Assembly (NCBI RefSeq): GCF_963921235.1
Contig: NC_086097.1
Coordinates: forward strand, 245,212,001 to 245,276,000
DNA from: Mobula hypostoma
Lineage: Eukaryota
Length of the DNA stretch: 64,000 nt
Direction: 5' to 3'
Positions 23,921 through 37,084 of this stretch are shown piece by piece. Both the position numbers and the translations under genes were made by a program. The notes below the pieces were generated by a model that saw nothing but the letters and a program-made list of their open reading frames with translations, had not been told where the DNA came from and did no database searches. The number at the start of each line of letters is the position of its first letter. The first letter of the stretch is position 1.

Positions 23921-25469
23921 CATTAATAGAAAGATAAATAACTAAACAAATAAGTATCAATATAACCCATGAGCTACACCAATGCCATTCAATAATGGAG
24001 GGTAGGAAAATCAATCTGGTATTATTAAAAACCTACACTAGAGTTGTGTGGTGAGTATACAAATACAATATATAAGTCATAATTTTAAATATTCATTTAT
24101 CTTCAGAACAATATGCCCATGAAGGATAAAAAGGTCCTTTACCAGCTAAGCTTCATGGACTATTTTGCCTTCAGAGGTGGTTAAACACATGATTAGAAAA
24201 AGTCTAAATTTACTAGTTGATGTCAAAGTTTTTCATTAATTTGAACAGAATAAAAAAATTGATGAGTCTGCAGACAATTGTTTACTGCATCAAAATCAAA
24301 GGCCAACTATTGAATCCTGAAACAAGAGCTTGTGGACAAAGATGATTAATGGGCACTTTAAATGCCAGCATTTAATTATGTAAAAGACGTGCTCATTATG
24401 GTTTTAAAATTATGCAGGTATGGGAAAACATTAAAATAAACTATACAACCATCATTTATCAGCTTCATTAGTATTAAATAAAATGTTCAAATCTGTCAAC
24501 GGGCTATCATAGGATATTTGCAGGAAAAAAGCAATTTGTTGTTGTAGGAGTTTTTAAAAAATGAATACGATACAAACACCATCTTAAAATCAAATTATTG
24601 ACACTTCAACACCAACCAAAAGGTTAGGCATTTTTTGATTAAATCAGAGCAGACTTTCCTATTAAATGTCTTTTGTTGATTTATTTGTAAATATAATGCA
24701 AAAACATATCCTGCTAATCACATTGCTCATAAATCAGCTCACCATTCACCGATTACATTTTACCCTTCCCTTGTGAGACGCGGTGTTTTGTGTCCTAGTG
24801 CATTGGCCCAAGTTTGGTCCACCATGATTTCAAATGGGCTACCCCACAACTTCTGTCTGAAGCCTGAACAGTTGTCTGCAGACACGTCAACAGAAACCAG
24901 CCAATTTGTCAATGACGAATAGAAGTAATTGGGGTATATTTCCAGCTTTGAGGACAAAGAGTGCAGTGCCAATAGTACTCCATTCTTCCAAACCTACCTT
25001 GCAGTATGACAAATCCCTCAAGTAGGTTCCTCTGTGACAGCGAGCAGTGCTGCGTCCCTTGGTTGTTATCAGTAAGCTTCACTTGGAGAACAGCTGTTTC
25101 ACAAGCAGATTTCAAAGTTCAAAGTAATTTTATTATCGAAGTACGTACATGTCACCATATACTATCTTGAGATTCATTTTCTTGCAGGCATTCACAGTAC
25201 AACAAAGAAATACAATTAAAGCAATAAAAAACTACAAAGAGTGACAACCAGCGTGCAAAAGAAGACAAACTGTGCAAATAAAGAATATTAATAATAATAC
25301 TGAGAGCATGAGTTGTAGAGTTCTTGAAAATGAGTCCCCAGATTGTTGAGGTGAGTGAAGACATCCTCGCCAGTTTAGGAGCCTGATGGTTGAATGGTAA
25401 TAACTGTTCTTGAACCCTAAGGCTCCTGTACCTCCTGCTTGATGGCAAAGGTTGCAAGGTAATAACGAT

Positions 25470-26817
25470 GAAATTACGACACATCTGGATAGCAGTAACA
25501 GGATAGGTCTGAGTCAGCATGGATTTACAAAGGGAAAATTGTGCTTGACTAATCTTCTGGAACTTTTTGAGGATGTAACTATGAAAATGGACAATGGAGA
25601 GCCAGTGGATGTAGTGTACCTGGACTTTCAGAAAGCCTTTGATAAAGTCCCACATAGGAGATTAGTGGGCAAAATTAGGGCACATGGTATTGGGGACAGA
25701 GTACTGACATGGATTGAAAATTGGCTGGCTGACAGAAAACAAAGAGTAGCGATTAACGGGTCCCTTTTGGAATGGCAGGCGGTGACCAGTGGGGTACCGC
25801 AGGGTTCAGTGCTGGGACTGCAGCTGTTTACAATATATATTAATGATTTAGATGAGGGAATTAAAAGTAACATTAGCAAATTTGCCGATGACACAAAGCA
25901 GGGTGGCAGTGTGAAATCTGAGGAGGATGTTATGAGAATGCAGGGTGACTTGGACAGGCTGGGTGAGTGGGCAGATGCATGGCAGATGCAGTTTAATGTG
26001 GATATATGTGAGGTTATCCACTTTGGTGGTAAGAACAGGAAGGCAGATTATTATCTAAATGGAGTCAAGTTAGGAAAGGGGGAAGTACAAAGAGATCTAG
26101 GTGTTCTTGTACCTCAGTCACTGAAAGCAAGCCTGCAAGTACAGCAGGCAGTGAAGAAAGCTAATGGCATGCTGGCCTTCATAACAAGGGGAATTGAGTA
26201 TAAGAGCAAAGAGGTCCTTCTGCAGCTGTACAGGGCCCTGGTGAGACCACACCTGGAGTACTGTGTGCAATTTTGGTCTCCAAATTTGAGGAAGGACATT
26301 CTTGCTATTGAGGGAGTGCAGCGTAGGTTCACCAGGTTAATTCCCGGGGTGGCGGGACTGTCATATGTCGAAAAGATTGGAGCGACTGGGCTTGTATACT
26401 CTGGAATTTAGAAGACTGAGAGGGGATCTTATTGAAACATATAAGATTATTAAGGGATTGGACACACTGGAGGCAGGAAGCATGTTCCCACTGATGGGTG
26501 AGTCCAGAACCAGAGGCCGCAGTTTAAGAATAAGGGGTAGGCCATTTAGAATGGAGTTGAGGAAAAACTTTTTCACCCAGAGAGTGGTGGATATATGGAA
26601 TGCTCTGCCCCAGAAGGCTGTGGAGGCCAAGTCTCTGGATGCTTTCAAGAAAGAGATGGATAGAGCTCTTAAAGATAGCGGAATCAAAGGCTATCGGGAT
26701 AAGGCAGGAACTGGATACTGATTGTGGATGATCAGCCATGATCACAGTGAATGGCGGTGCTGGCTCGAAGGGCTGAATAGCCTACTCCTGCACCTATTGT
26801 CTATTGTCTATTGTCTA
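25470..26817 (+). mobile_element. CR1 RT and 3' end, one frameshift
   Basis: ORFs 25452-26411 and 26365-26721; FADD; (CTATTGT)n tail. Confidence 0.95.
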
Positions 26818-27479
26818 TTTTAACCGTTCCTGAACCTGGTGGTTTGGAACCCAAGGCTCCTGTACTTCCTGAACGATGACAGCAGCGAGACGATTTTTCC
26901 CAGAGACAAAAGTTGCGAGCAATGTTATACATGAAGAGGAAGAATAACCAGTCCAGGCTCCCTATAAGGTGAAGCACCAGTGCTAAACTTGAACAAACCA
27001 AACCATTAGCTATCAAAGGTTACACCTAGAACACAATACTGTCGGTGTTCCTTTCCTCAGCAACTAAAGAGCTCCAAGTTTTAACTTGCCAATGCTGCTG
27101 TCTCTGAATCAACCTGTGATTTTGCTGTGTGTTTCTTTGGCTTCCTGCTTATGTTTGCAAAGACAATTACAAACTAGAACAGAATAAGGATGCAAATGAG
27201 AGACGGAGAGAAATATGAGTGGGAAGTCTTTGAAACAAATGTAAGATTTTTTTAAAGGTAAATCTATGGCCAATTTCTTCAAAAAACAAATGAAAAGAAC
27301 TGAATAAATAAGAATTACTCAATTCAGGACAAATTCAAAACACTGGATTCCCCTATAAAACTCCAGAGGTACTATGAATTTCTCACTCAGTGACCACTTT
27401 ATTAGGTACATCTGTACACCTGTTTGTTATCAAAATCAGGATATATCACCTGCATAGGCTGTACATAAATTGTTAATCA

Positions 27480-28370
27480 AATACGTAGTGTAAAAATAGA
27501 AAAGTATAAGTAGTGAGGTAGTGTTCATGGGTTTGATGTCCATTGAGAAATTGGATGGCAGAGGGAAGAAGTGTGTGCCTTCACGTCTCCTGTACCTCCT
27601 TCCCGATGGTAACAATGAGAAGAGGGCATGTTCTGAGTGATGGGGATCCTTAATGATGGATGTCAGTAACTTCTCCCCTTCCTTTCCAGTCCTGAATAAG
27701 GTATCAGCCATAACATTGACTGTTCGCCCTTTGCCTGACCTGCTGAGTTCCTCCAGCATTTTGCGTGTGTTGCTCCTAATGAAATACAGCTGCTGTCATA
27801 CCTTCTTTGTAGCTGCATAGGCATGTTGGGTCCATATTAGGTCCACAGAGATATTGACACCCACGAACTTAAAATTGCTCACTCTTTCCAGTTCTGATCC
27901 TCGATGAGGACTGGTTTGTGTTCCCTCGATTTAGCTTTTCTGAAGTCCATAATCATTTCTTTCGTCTTACTGTCGCTGACTGCAAGGTTGTTTCTGTGAC
28001 CCCACTTAACTAGCTGATATATCTCACTCTTGTCTCCATCTGAGATTCTGCCAACAATGGTTGAATCATCAGCAAATTTATAGATGGTATTTGAGCTATG
28101 CCTAGTCAGGGGTGTAGAGAGAATAGAGCAGTGGTCTAAGCATACATCCCTGGGGTTCGTCAGTGTTGATTGTGGTCTTCTGGTCACGAAGTCGAGGATC
28201 CAGTTGCAGAGGAAAGTACGGAGGCCCAGGTTCTGGAGCTTTTTGATCAGAACTGTATGAATGATGGAGTTAAACACTGGGCTGTAGCCAATAATCAGCT
28301 TCCTGACACAGGTATTTGTATTGTTCAGTTGATCCAAGGCCACGTGGAGAGCCAATGTCCTACTGTGAAG
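27480..28370 (-). mobile_element. Degraded Rex1-type RT and 3' end
   Basis: CNWILDF, KFADDSTIVGRI, KTKEMIMDFRK, LFSLLPSGRRYR. Confidence 0.8.
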
Positions 28371-28758
28371 GACAAAATTAATGTGGACTACTGAAAGAAA
28401 GCAGATTTTACTTAGAGATTCTGCAGATGCTGGGAATCCGGAGTAACACACACACAAAATGCAGGACTGATGAAGGGTCTCAGCCCCAAACATTGACTCT
28501 TTATTCAAAGTTTAAAGTTCAAGCATTTATTATCAAAGTATGTGTACATAATACAACCTTGAGATTCATCTCCTAACAGGCAGCCACAAAACAAAGAATC
28601 CCCAAATGAACCCATAAAAAAGATGACTGTCAAACACCCAATGTGCAGAGAGAGTGAAAAAAAACAAACTGTGCAAACAATAAAAGTAGGCAAACAGCAT
28701 TCAGAACTGAAGTTTTATAAAATACGCAAAGCCCGGAATCACTGCAGCTGGAGAAGGC

Positions 28759-28940
28759 TGTTATGTTTGTTCTTAATGAAGGCAAACGTAGCGTGGGTAA
28801 ATGCTAGAACGTTTTATTTACAGAGTGGTTTCAGCTCATCCTGAGCACATGTGGCCAGCTCGCCGATGTCACTTCCGGCTCTGGGTCAACTGCACACCGG
28901 GAGCTGAAGTTCTTTATTACATACACACATAATAACACAC
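28759..28940 (-). mobile_element. Short solo-LTR-like insertion (~180 bp)
   Basis: TGTTAT...ATAACA inverted ends; AGGC at 28755-28758 and 28941-28944; flanks rejoin to the repeat seen uninterrupted near 34160-34200. Confidence 0.55.
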
Positions 28941-29683
28941 AGGCCACAGCCTCAGTTCAGCGCAGAGCCGAGTAAACGTTGCAAGAGCACAAACACGAAG
29001 ATAGCGTCACTGCAGCTGGAGCAAGCCTCATAGATGCTGTTTGGACTGCTGAGCTCCTCCAGCATTTTGTAATCTTTTTCCAGTTTTGTCAGAAGAAAAA
29101 TCCTGGGTTATTACTGTGTTGTAATCAGAGTATTTAATTCTACCGGTCAACAAGATGACTGATCAGCAACTCAACAGTACGTACCAATCTTCACTATGTC
29201 TTTCAATACAACCAAAAATTCATCAATTTCAGTTGTAAAATTAACAATTTAGATTAGATTAGATTAGATTCAACTTTCTTGTCATTGTATACAAAGCAAA
29301 TGAAATGCATTTAGCATCTGACCAGAAATGCAAAGAATAGTGTTATTTACAAAATAACTGTGAATAAAAAGAAGTGCTACAGCACACAAATATAAAAGTA
29401 CTGAGATAGTACAATATGGGTACAATACTGCTTAGCGCTGTGATGAGAGGTTCAGCAGTGTCACAGCCTCAGGGAAGAAGCTCTTCCTGTGCCCGCTGGT
29501 GCGGGAGCAGAGGCTCCTGTAGCGCCTACCGGATGGGAGGAGAGTAAAAAGTCCATGGTTAGGGTGAGATGCATCCATCTGCCTCTATCAGAGTTGTTGG
29601 TCACTTCCATCCAACAGATAGTCTGCTCTTCAGGTGTCTATGCAACTACTGAAGGGTTTGCAAGATATGTGTACACTGTCTGA

Positions 29684-29818
29684 CTATCTGACCCTCTGGA
29701 CATACTTGTTCCACACCCATGCTGATCCCTTCTCTGCTGCCTCAGCTACAGCCCTGCTGGTTGACTTGATCTCTCTTCTAGTGAAGCCAAGATCATGCAG
29801 CCACTTCTGGAAAGTGGC
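29684..29818 (-). mobile_element. Second, divergent Hero-like C-terminal fragment
   Basis: ATFQKWLHDLGFTRREIKSTSRAVAEAAEKGSAWVWNKYVQRVR* parallels LGIEGERKRRAIRSTTDAEERASRWLWLKR of the 9.5-kb element. Confidence 0.6.
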
Positions 29819-30533
29819 TTACCAACCATAAATTGGTATTGTGTTTACCAACCATAAATGAACATTTCTCCCTGCTTTGCTTGTAGAAGTGTTACTAACG
29901 CATGTAGAAGTGTTAGTAACCCTCCTTCAAAATTTTTGAAACAAAAATATAGTTTTAAATCTCTCTGCAAGTAGTATAACTATTGACCATTTGAGATAAG
30001 ATTCCCTACCTGGAAAATTTCAGTCAGATTATTCTTTAAACCTTTCAGTGTATATAGCTCTCTGTTCCTTGTGTTTAACCTTTAAAGAATCAGGATACCA
30101 TTTTGGTAAATCAACATCCTACAGCCTTCTCTGGGAAATACAATCTTCCACACAAATCACTTTGCTTGTGGTCTAAAAAGGGCTTTGAATAACTTGCATA
30201 ATTGTAATATCATTACATCAAGAGTTTTGGAATATAAAGGCCAGAGGTCTATTAGCCTTGATGAATATTTTCAGTACTTGTTCATAATGGATCCATAATG
30301 TTTGAACATAGGAACATAAGAAATAGGACAGGAGTAGGCCATCTGGCCCGTCGAGCCTGCTTTGCCATTCAATAAGATCAAGGCTGATCTGGACCACTAT
30401 TGCATTGAGCTTTTAACTATTCATAAAACACAATTGTCAATTATTAGGTAAAAGGTGAGTCCCCTCCTATTTGCCTACATTGAAATCTATTTGCGATAGT
30501 TCTAGTGTTTTGCTCAATCTCTATTGTGTTTTA

Positions 30534-30930
30534 GGGTGGCATGGTGGAGATACGTCACTACCAAAGGAGGTGTAAGGAGGTGCTCCTTCCTTTTGCTAAC
30601 CTGCAGGTCACCTGTGGGCAAGGTATAGTGCCTGCTTAGAACCCCCCCCCCACACCCCCGCCATCTTTCCCTCAGTCAGGGCCATGTGAAGCCATGGGAA
30701 GCCATGGGAGCAGGTGGCGGATGGGTGGATGGTCGTATGAGCAGCTGGTGCATATCACAAGTCCAGGTTAAGCAGGTCTCTGAAGGGTATTGAATATGGC
30801 TGGAGTCACCTGTCTTGTAGACACACTGCCCAGGAGAAGGCAATGGTAAACCACTTATGTAGAAAAATTTGCCAAGAGCAATCATGTTCATGAGACCATG
30901 ATTGTATAAGGCATACAGTACAGCACATAA
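30534..30930 (+). mobile_element. SINE with RTE-like tail, copy 2
   Basis: Similar to 2488-2873. Confidence 0.7.
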
Positions 30931-31378
30931 GATGATATTGTGTTTTATGCTTTCACCCACACCACTCATCTCTGATATATGGTATTCACTATCATTTATG
31001 CTGGTTAATAATCATGTCAAACAACTGCACCAAGCTAAGATTTCTGTACAACAATATAACCAACACCGTCTTGATTGCAAAACCTGAGACTGACAGCTTT
31101 GCATCTACACTAGGCTCAACAAGGATTGCATCAAACTTGCAGTATACCTGACTGTCAGGATCCATTTCATCAGAGACCAACTGCTACCTGGTGTCAGTAC
31201 TCAGTACCTACTGAACAGGGAAATTTTTAAAGCCTGGTCACTTCCAGGTCAAAGCAAGACTCATCAGTAAGACATTCATGAATTTCAGCGTGCAGATGAC
31301 TTACGCTGCACAGAACATCAAGTTATGTGAGAGACTTGACTTGTTGACGAGCATTGTCTTGATCAGTCAGCTGAATGC

Positions 31379-31664
31379 TGTTATGTTTGTAACTCCAAAA
31401 CTAATTGAAAAGAAAACACGGGGAGCCTGGGATAAACGTGTGTACTTTGTTCTTTTTTCTTTACTTTAGTGATACACACACATGGCATGGTGGCGTAATG
31501 ATCTACGCCATTCACGTACTTTTACAGGTAACCCATAAGTAAATTACATAAAAAACAAAGAGTGCTTAATCAAACTATATATATTTATATATATATACAT
31601 ACACATACACACATACACGTATACATTATTACTCGAGTATTACTGAAATATTCAAAACTCAACA
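31379..31664 (-). mobile_element. Possible short solo LTR
   Basis: TGTT...AACA ends; first 12 bp (TGTTATGTTTGT) identical to the 28759 element; no TSD seen. Confidence 0.4.
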
Positions 31665-31724
31665 GACATGTTTTTCATGTGAATGAGATGGACTGGCAGC
31701 ACGTTCCTCACTTTAACACGGCCA

Positions 31725-32250
31725 TTTCGGTGATGATATCTGTTATCTGTCAAGTAGGGGACCGTGCACAATTCTGATTTGATGGAGACGGACGTGAGAG
31801 CACGGAGGAACATCTGGAAAACTTCTGAAATGCCCGCTTCGCTGCCGCTGCTACTGTGTGGTAACCGGAATCTCCGGAGCAGAAGCCCCCAAAATCCTCG
31901 GCTTTGCTTGTTTCAGCGGCCGGGGCGAGGTCGAAGGCACTCGGCAGAGGATGGCGCTCGGGAGGTTGTATTGGAGAGGCTGGTCGGAGGCTGGAAGTTT
32001 TCGGACGGATGGACTCAGTGTCGGCTGTGGTCGGCTGCTTCCAAGGCATTGGCAAGTTGACGGTGCCTGGAGGTTTATGGCAGTGAGTTTCTCCCTTTTG
32101 CTGCCTGCTGTCGGGGACTCAGGGAGTCGATCGACTCGGGGACTTTTGAGACTTTTTTTACTGTGCCCATGGTTTGTTCTTCATCAAATTATGGTATTGC
32201 TTTGCACTGCTGTAACTATATGTTATAATTATGTGGTTCTGTCAGTGTTC
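31725..32250 (+). mobile_element. GC-rich non-autonomous retroposon, copy 3 (3'-truncated)
   Basis: Similar to 7480-8047 and 17353-18036. Confidence 0.8.
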
Positions 32251-33099
32251 TTTCCCTACAGGCTGCCATAGATGAAATAGCCTTGATTCTTCAAGTTGCA
32301 GCAACACACTTTTAAAGATTGAAATCTACAAAGTGTTAAAGGTTCTTGTTTAGAAGGGTGTGGTGTAACCTTCCCTTTTCTATTGCAGCAAAATCTGGAA
32401 TGTCTGCTGACCAGATTAAGACAGTGAGAGCTTCCACGCAGCAGTGCTTTGTGTCACATGTTGGAGTTCGAATGGGATGACCTTCTTAAGTGGCCTTGCA
32501 CTTGAGGATCAAGCTCCAACATATAGACTACCATATTCAGATGCTCTTATTTGTCTCGTTCCTTCTACTAGAGCTATGCTTTTTTTTGTTGTTTCATATG
32601 GTAGATGTTTTTCTCCTCACACTTCTAACTGAAGTGAGTCAGGGAGGGGCAGCTGTGAGACTGTCCACTCGGGAGCCGGGACGGGATTAATCTTTGTCTA
32701 GCATCTTGCCCACAGCCGTTCCAACGTGGGTGGCCGTGGGTTGGCATCACCTGATGACGTCATTGAAGCAAGCAAGCCTCCACACGAGGTCAATGCGTTG
32801 ATCCAGGTCGTGGAGGAGATCTATGCTGACCAACGCTTAAGAAAAGGTGGCCAGGAGAAATGATACAAAGACATGCCCAAGCAGAAGGCATTGATACCAA
32901 TGATAGAGGAGCAAGTCCAGGAATGACCTCTGGAAAGCCATCTCACGTGCAAAGTGGCAATTCTGGACCAATATTGAATCGCCAAACGATGCTCCGCAGC
33001 TGTGGCTGGGCTTATTTGGCTTTGCTTCTGTTATAGTATTCCAGCTCAATACCTTCTATGCTTGCTTTGACTGTCAAAACATAGAGGAACCTTCATGAA

Positions 33100-33895
33100 C
33101 TGAGGCCGACATGGAAGCATCCTTCAGGAGGGTGAAAACATAGAAAGCATCTGGTCAGTTGAGGGTACCTGGCTGAGTGCTAAAGACCTGTTGCTGATCA
33201 ACTAGCTGGAGTGTTCACCGATATCTTTAACCTCTCGCTTCAGCAGTCCGTGGTACGTGCCCGCAAAGTAACGTGTCTCAATGATTTTAGTCCAGTAACA
33301 CTTGCATCCACTGTGATGAAGTGCTTTGAGAGGTTGGTCATGAGGCATATCAACTCCCACCTGAGAATTGACTTGGATCCAATCCAATTTGCTTACTGTC
33401 ATAACAGGTCAATAGCAGATGCTATTTCATTGGCTCTTTGCTCAGCTCTGGAACATCTGGACAGTGATGATGCGTACATCAGGACGCTCCTCATTGACTA
33501 CAACTCTGCATTCAATATTATCACCTCCTCAAAAGTAAGCAACAAGCTCCAAGACCTAGGTCTCAGTACCTCCTTGTGCAACTGGAGACCCCAGTCAGTT
33601 TGGATTGGCAGCAGCAACTCCCCATGCAATACAAGGCTGTAAATTTAGACCCTTGTTTTACTCTCTTTACCTTTATGACTGAGAGGCTAAATACCGCTGC
33701 AATGCCATTTTTAAGTTTGCTGACGATACCGCTGCAGTTGGCTGAATCAAAGGTGGTGACATAAGGGTGTTATCAAAGAAGGCATGGTAGCACCTCTACT
33801 TTCTTAGAAGTTTGTGCAGATTTGGCATACTATCTTAAACTTTGACACACTTCTATAGAGGGACAATGGAGGGTATCCCAACTGGTTGCATTGCT
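33100..33895 (+). mobile_element. Degraded Rex1-type RT
   Basis: VMKCFERLV, DPIQFAY, LLIDYNSAFN. Confidence 0.85.
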
Positions 33896-34599
33896 ATCCT
33901 CAGCACACCAATCTTCGTATAATCTGCAAACTTAAAATCCAAAGTGCATTTATTATCACAGGTATGTATACATTATACAGACCTGAGATTTGTCTCCTTA
34001 CAGGCAGTCACAAAACAAAGAAACCCAAAAGAACCCTTTAAAAAGAAGACTGCCAACACCCAATGTGCAGAGAGGGAAAAAAAACAAATTGTGCAAACAA
34101 CAAAAGTAAGCAAATAGCATTGAGAACAAAAGTGAGTCCATAGACACGAAGCGCAGAGCAGCTGAAGAAGACCACAGCCTCAGCCTCAGTTCAGCGCAGG
34201 ACCAAATAAACATTACCGAGCAGTGAGTGAAATATTTCCGACACGCACCTCTTGTCCCACAACCCTGCCTTTTCAATCCATCTGGCCCTGTGTTTAGATT
34301 ATCCGAACATTGGGTCATTCCTCGCACCAGGACCCAGGCCCTGTTGCATCGATATGCTCTGGGCCAGAACCCCACTGCCATGTTATGGCCATACCCAACC
34401 TTTCCAAAACGGCCTGCAACTTAGATTGATCAGACCTCACTCTCAGTTTAGATGGACAGGCCTTGAATCTGCCTCTCCTCCACTCCGATTTTGCTCCACT
34501 TCACTCGCCCTGGCTTTGCTTTGACCTCATCTTGCACCCTCATTCTTCGACCCTCAACTCAGCTTTGCTTTCACTTGCATCTCCATTGTTTGCAGTGAT

Positions 34600-35660
34600 C
34601 TACTACTACTACTACTACTACAATGTCGACTCAGTCCTGGGGGGGCCGGTGTCAGGCACGATGACGGACTCTCCACTTCTCCCTCTCCCTCATCAGTGTG
34701 TTCAGTTCATCTACATTAGCCGTGCCGCTGTCTTCTAGGAGTGTGACCATGGTCTTGGGAGGGCGCCCAGGGTTCATCCTCCCGTGCTTGGGCTCCCATA
34801 TGCTGACTAGGCTGGCAGGTAGCTCGGGGTGGCGTAGACAGTGCCCCACTAGTTGCAGTCTTCTCACCTCGATTTTAGTGGTGAGCATCGGTAGGTCGTT
34901 ATAGAGCTCGACGTTCGTCATGTGCTGTTGCCAACTCACGTCAAGAGCCATCTGGAGCATTCGTGTATAGCAACCATTCATGCTAATGTAGATGAACTGA
35001 ACACACTGATGAGGGAGAGGGAGAAGTGGAGAGTCTGTCATCGTGCCCGCCTAGTCTTGGTGAGTGTCCACGTCCCACGTCCGTATGTGAGAATGGACTC
35101 TATGACTGCTGTGAAAATCCTCTTTTTAAGCCCTCTGGTCAGGTTCGACTTCCAGATTTCCTTCATGTCGTTCATAGCCCTCCACGCCAGCGCCTTCCCT
35201 ATCTTTATGTCCTTCTCTGAACTCATCATTCTTGACCCGAGATACTTGTGGTCAAAGACTTCCTTAATGGTATCATTCTTTACGGTCTTGAGAGTACCTT
35301 CGTCGCAGTTAAACACCATGTCTGTTGTCTTTTTAGCGTTTAGGTGAAGTCCAACTTTATTGCACTCAATTTCCACTTTTGTCAGTAGCTGCTGTGCTTC
35401 CTCCATCTGGTCAGAGGGGAGGACCTTATCATCTCCAAAATCGAGATCTGTGAGCATAACTGGTCTGATCCTTTTGGTTCGTCCTGGTTTTATGGTAAAA
35501 CCAAGCTTGTCATGATCTTTGGTAGCTTGATGCAGAGTGTAATCAAGGACGATTGTAAAGATGTAGGGTGCCAGAGTGTCTCCTTGCAGCACACCAGCTA
35601 GGAGCTCGAACACTGCTGTTTCTCCGTCTGGTGATACAAATTTCGCCATGGTTTTGGTAT
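34600..35660 (-). mobile_element. RTE-group LINE RT and 3' end with an internal inverted duplication
   Basis: GVLQGDTLAPYIF, DLDFGDD, KYLGS, GCYTRML, GRP; (TAG)n tail at about 34600-34621. Confidence 0.85.
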
Positions 35661-36099
35661 TGCAGTGGTCACTTACCATAAATTTTACAAGAAAAGGTGT
35701 TATTAGTAAGCTACTTAGTTGTATTCTTTGTTTTGTTTGCCGCTGATAACTGGGCTTCACCAGTGCCATCTAAAACCGGGAACTTGATAATCATCTACAT
35801 TTTCATCCAGGTCATTTATATGCATCACAAGCAGCAGAGGTCCCAGTAAAGATCCCTGTGGAACACCACTAATCACAGAATAAAACCCTTCAACCACCAC
35901 CCTCTGCTTCTATGAACAAGCCAATTCTGAATCCAATTGGCAAATGGGTCATGGATCCTCTGCATCTTAATCTTCCGGATGAGCCTCCCATGAGAAACCT
36001 TGTGAAATGCTGTTCTTATTTTCATTACAGGATTGTCACTTTCATTAAGTACCACCACATTTTTTGGTCACCATTCATCCCCTGATATAAAAATGATTA

Positions 36100-36910
36100 T
36101 AGAAACATAGAAACATAGAAAATAGGTGCAGGAGTAGGCCATTCGGCCCTTCGAGCCTGCACCGCCATTTATTATGATCATGGCTGATCATCCAACTCAG
36201 AACCCCGCCCCAGCCTTCCCTCCATACCCCCTGACCCCCGTAGCCACAAGGGCCATATCTAACTCCCTCTTAAATATAGCCAATGAACTGGCCTCAACTG
36301 TTTCCTGTGGCAGAGAATTCCACAGATTCACCACTCTCTGTGTGAAGAAGTTTTTCCTAAGCTTGGTCCTAAAAGGCTTCCCCTCTATCCTCAAACTGTG
36401 ACCCCTCGTTCTGGACTTCCCCAACATCGGGAACAATCTTCCTGCATCTAGCCTGTCCAATCCCTTCAGGATCTTATACGTTTCAATCAGATCCCCCCTC
36501 AATCTTCTAAATTCCAACGAGTACAAGCCCAGTTCATCCAGTCTTTCTTCATATGAAAGTCCTGCCATCCCAGGAATCAATCTGGTGAACCTTCTTTGTA
36601 CTCCCTCTAAGGCAAGGATGTCTTTCCTCAGATTAGGGGACCAAAACTGCACACAATACTCCAGGTGTGGTCTCACCAAGGCCTTGTACAACTGCAGTAG
36701 TACTTCCCTGCTCCTGTACTCGAATCCTCTCGCTATAAATGCCAGCATACCATTTGCCTTTTTCACCGCCTGCTGTACCTGCATGCCCACTTTCAATGAC
36801 TGGTGTATAATGACACCCAGGTCTTGTTGCACCTCCCCTTTTCCTAATCGGCCACCATTCAGATAATAATCTGTTTTCCTATTTTTGCCACCAAAATGGA
36901 TAACTTCACT
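36100..36910 (-). mobile_element. Young CR1 3' fragment
   Basis: 211-aa ORF almost identical to the C-terminus of 53839-55290; (TTTCTATG)n tail. Confidence 0.95.
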
Positions 36911-37084
36911 ATTGATTTATATATTGAGTTACAGCGTGGATCGGGCCCTGACGCCCAGGAACCTCTGATTTAATCCGCGCCTAACCACAGGACAATTTAC
37001 AATGATCAAGTAACCTACCGACAGATACCTCTTCGGACTGTGGAGGAAACCCACGCAGTCACCGGGAGAATGTACAAACTTCTT

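Noticed and set aside
32420..32465. Minus-strand KALLRGSSH resembling FBXL2 LKALLLRGCTQ
   Set aside because: Too short, no upstream similarity and no donor site at the expected position.
35038..35769. 243-aa ORF as a host-RT fusion gene
   Set aside because: Truncated RT with the catalytic motif reading FGDD and an inverted insertion at its end; the upstream in-frame stretch is probably fortuitous.
36100..36125. Short tandem repeats such as (ATAGAAAC)n, (CTATTGT)n and (TATGAC)n as CRISPR or satellite arrays
   Set aside because: They are LINE 3' tail microsatellites with no spacers.
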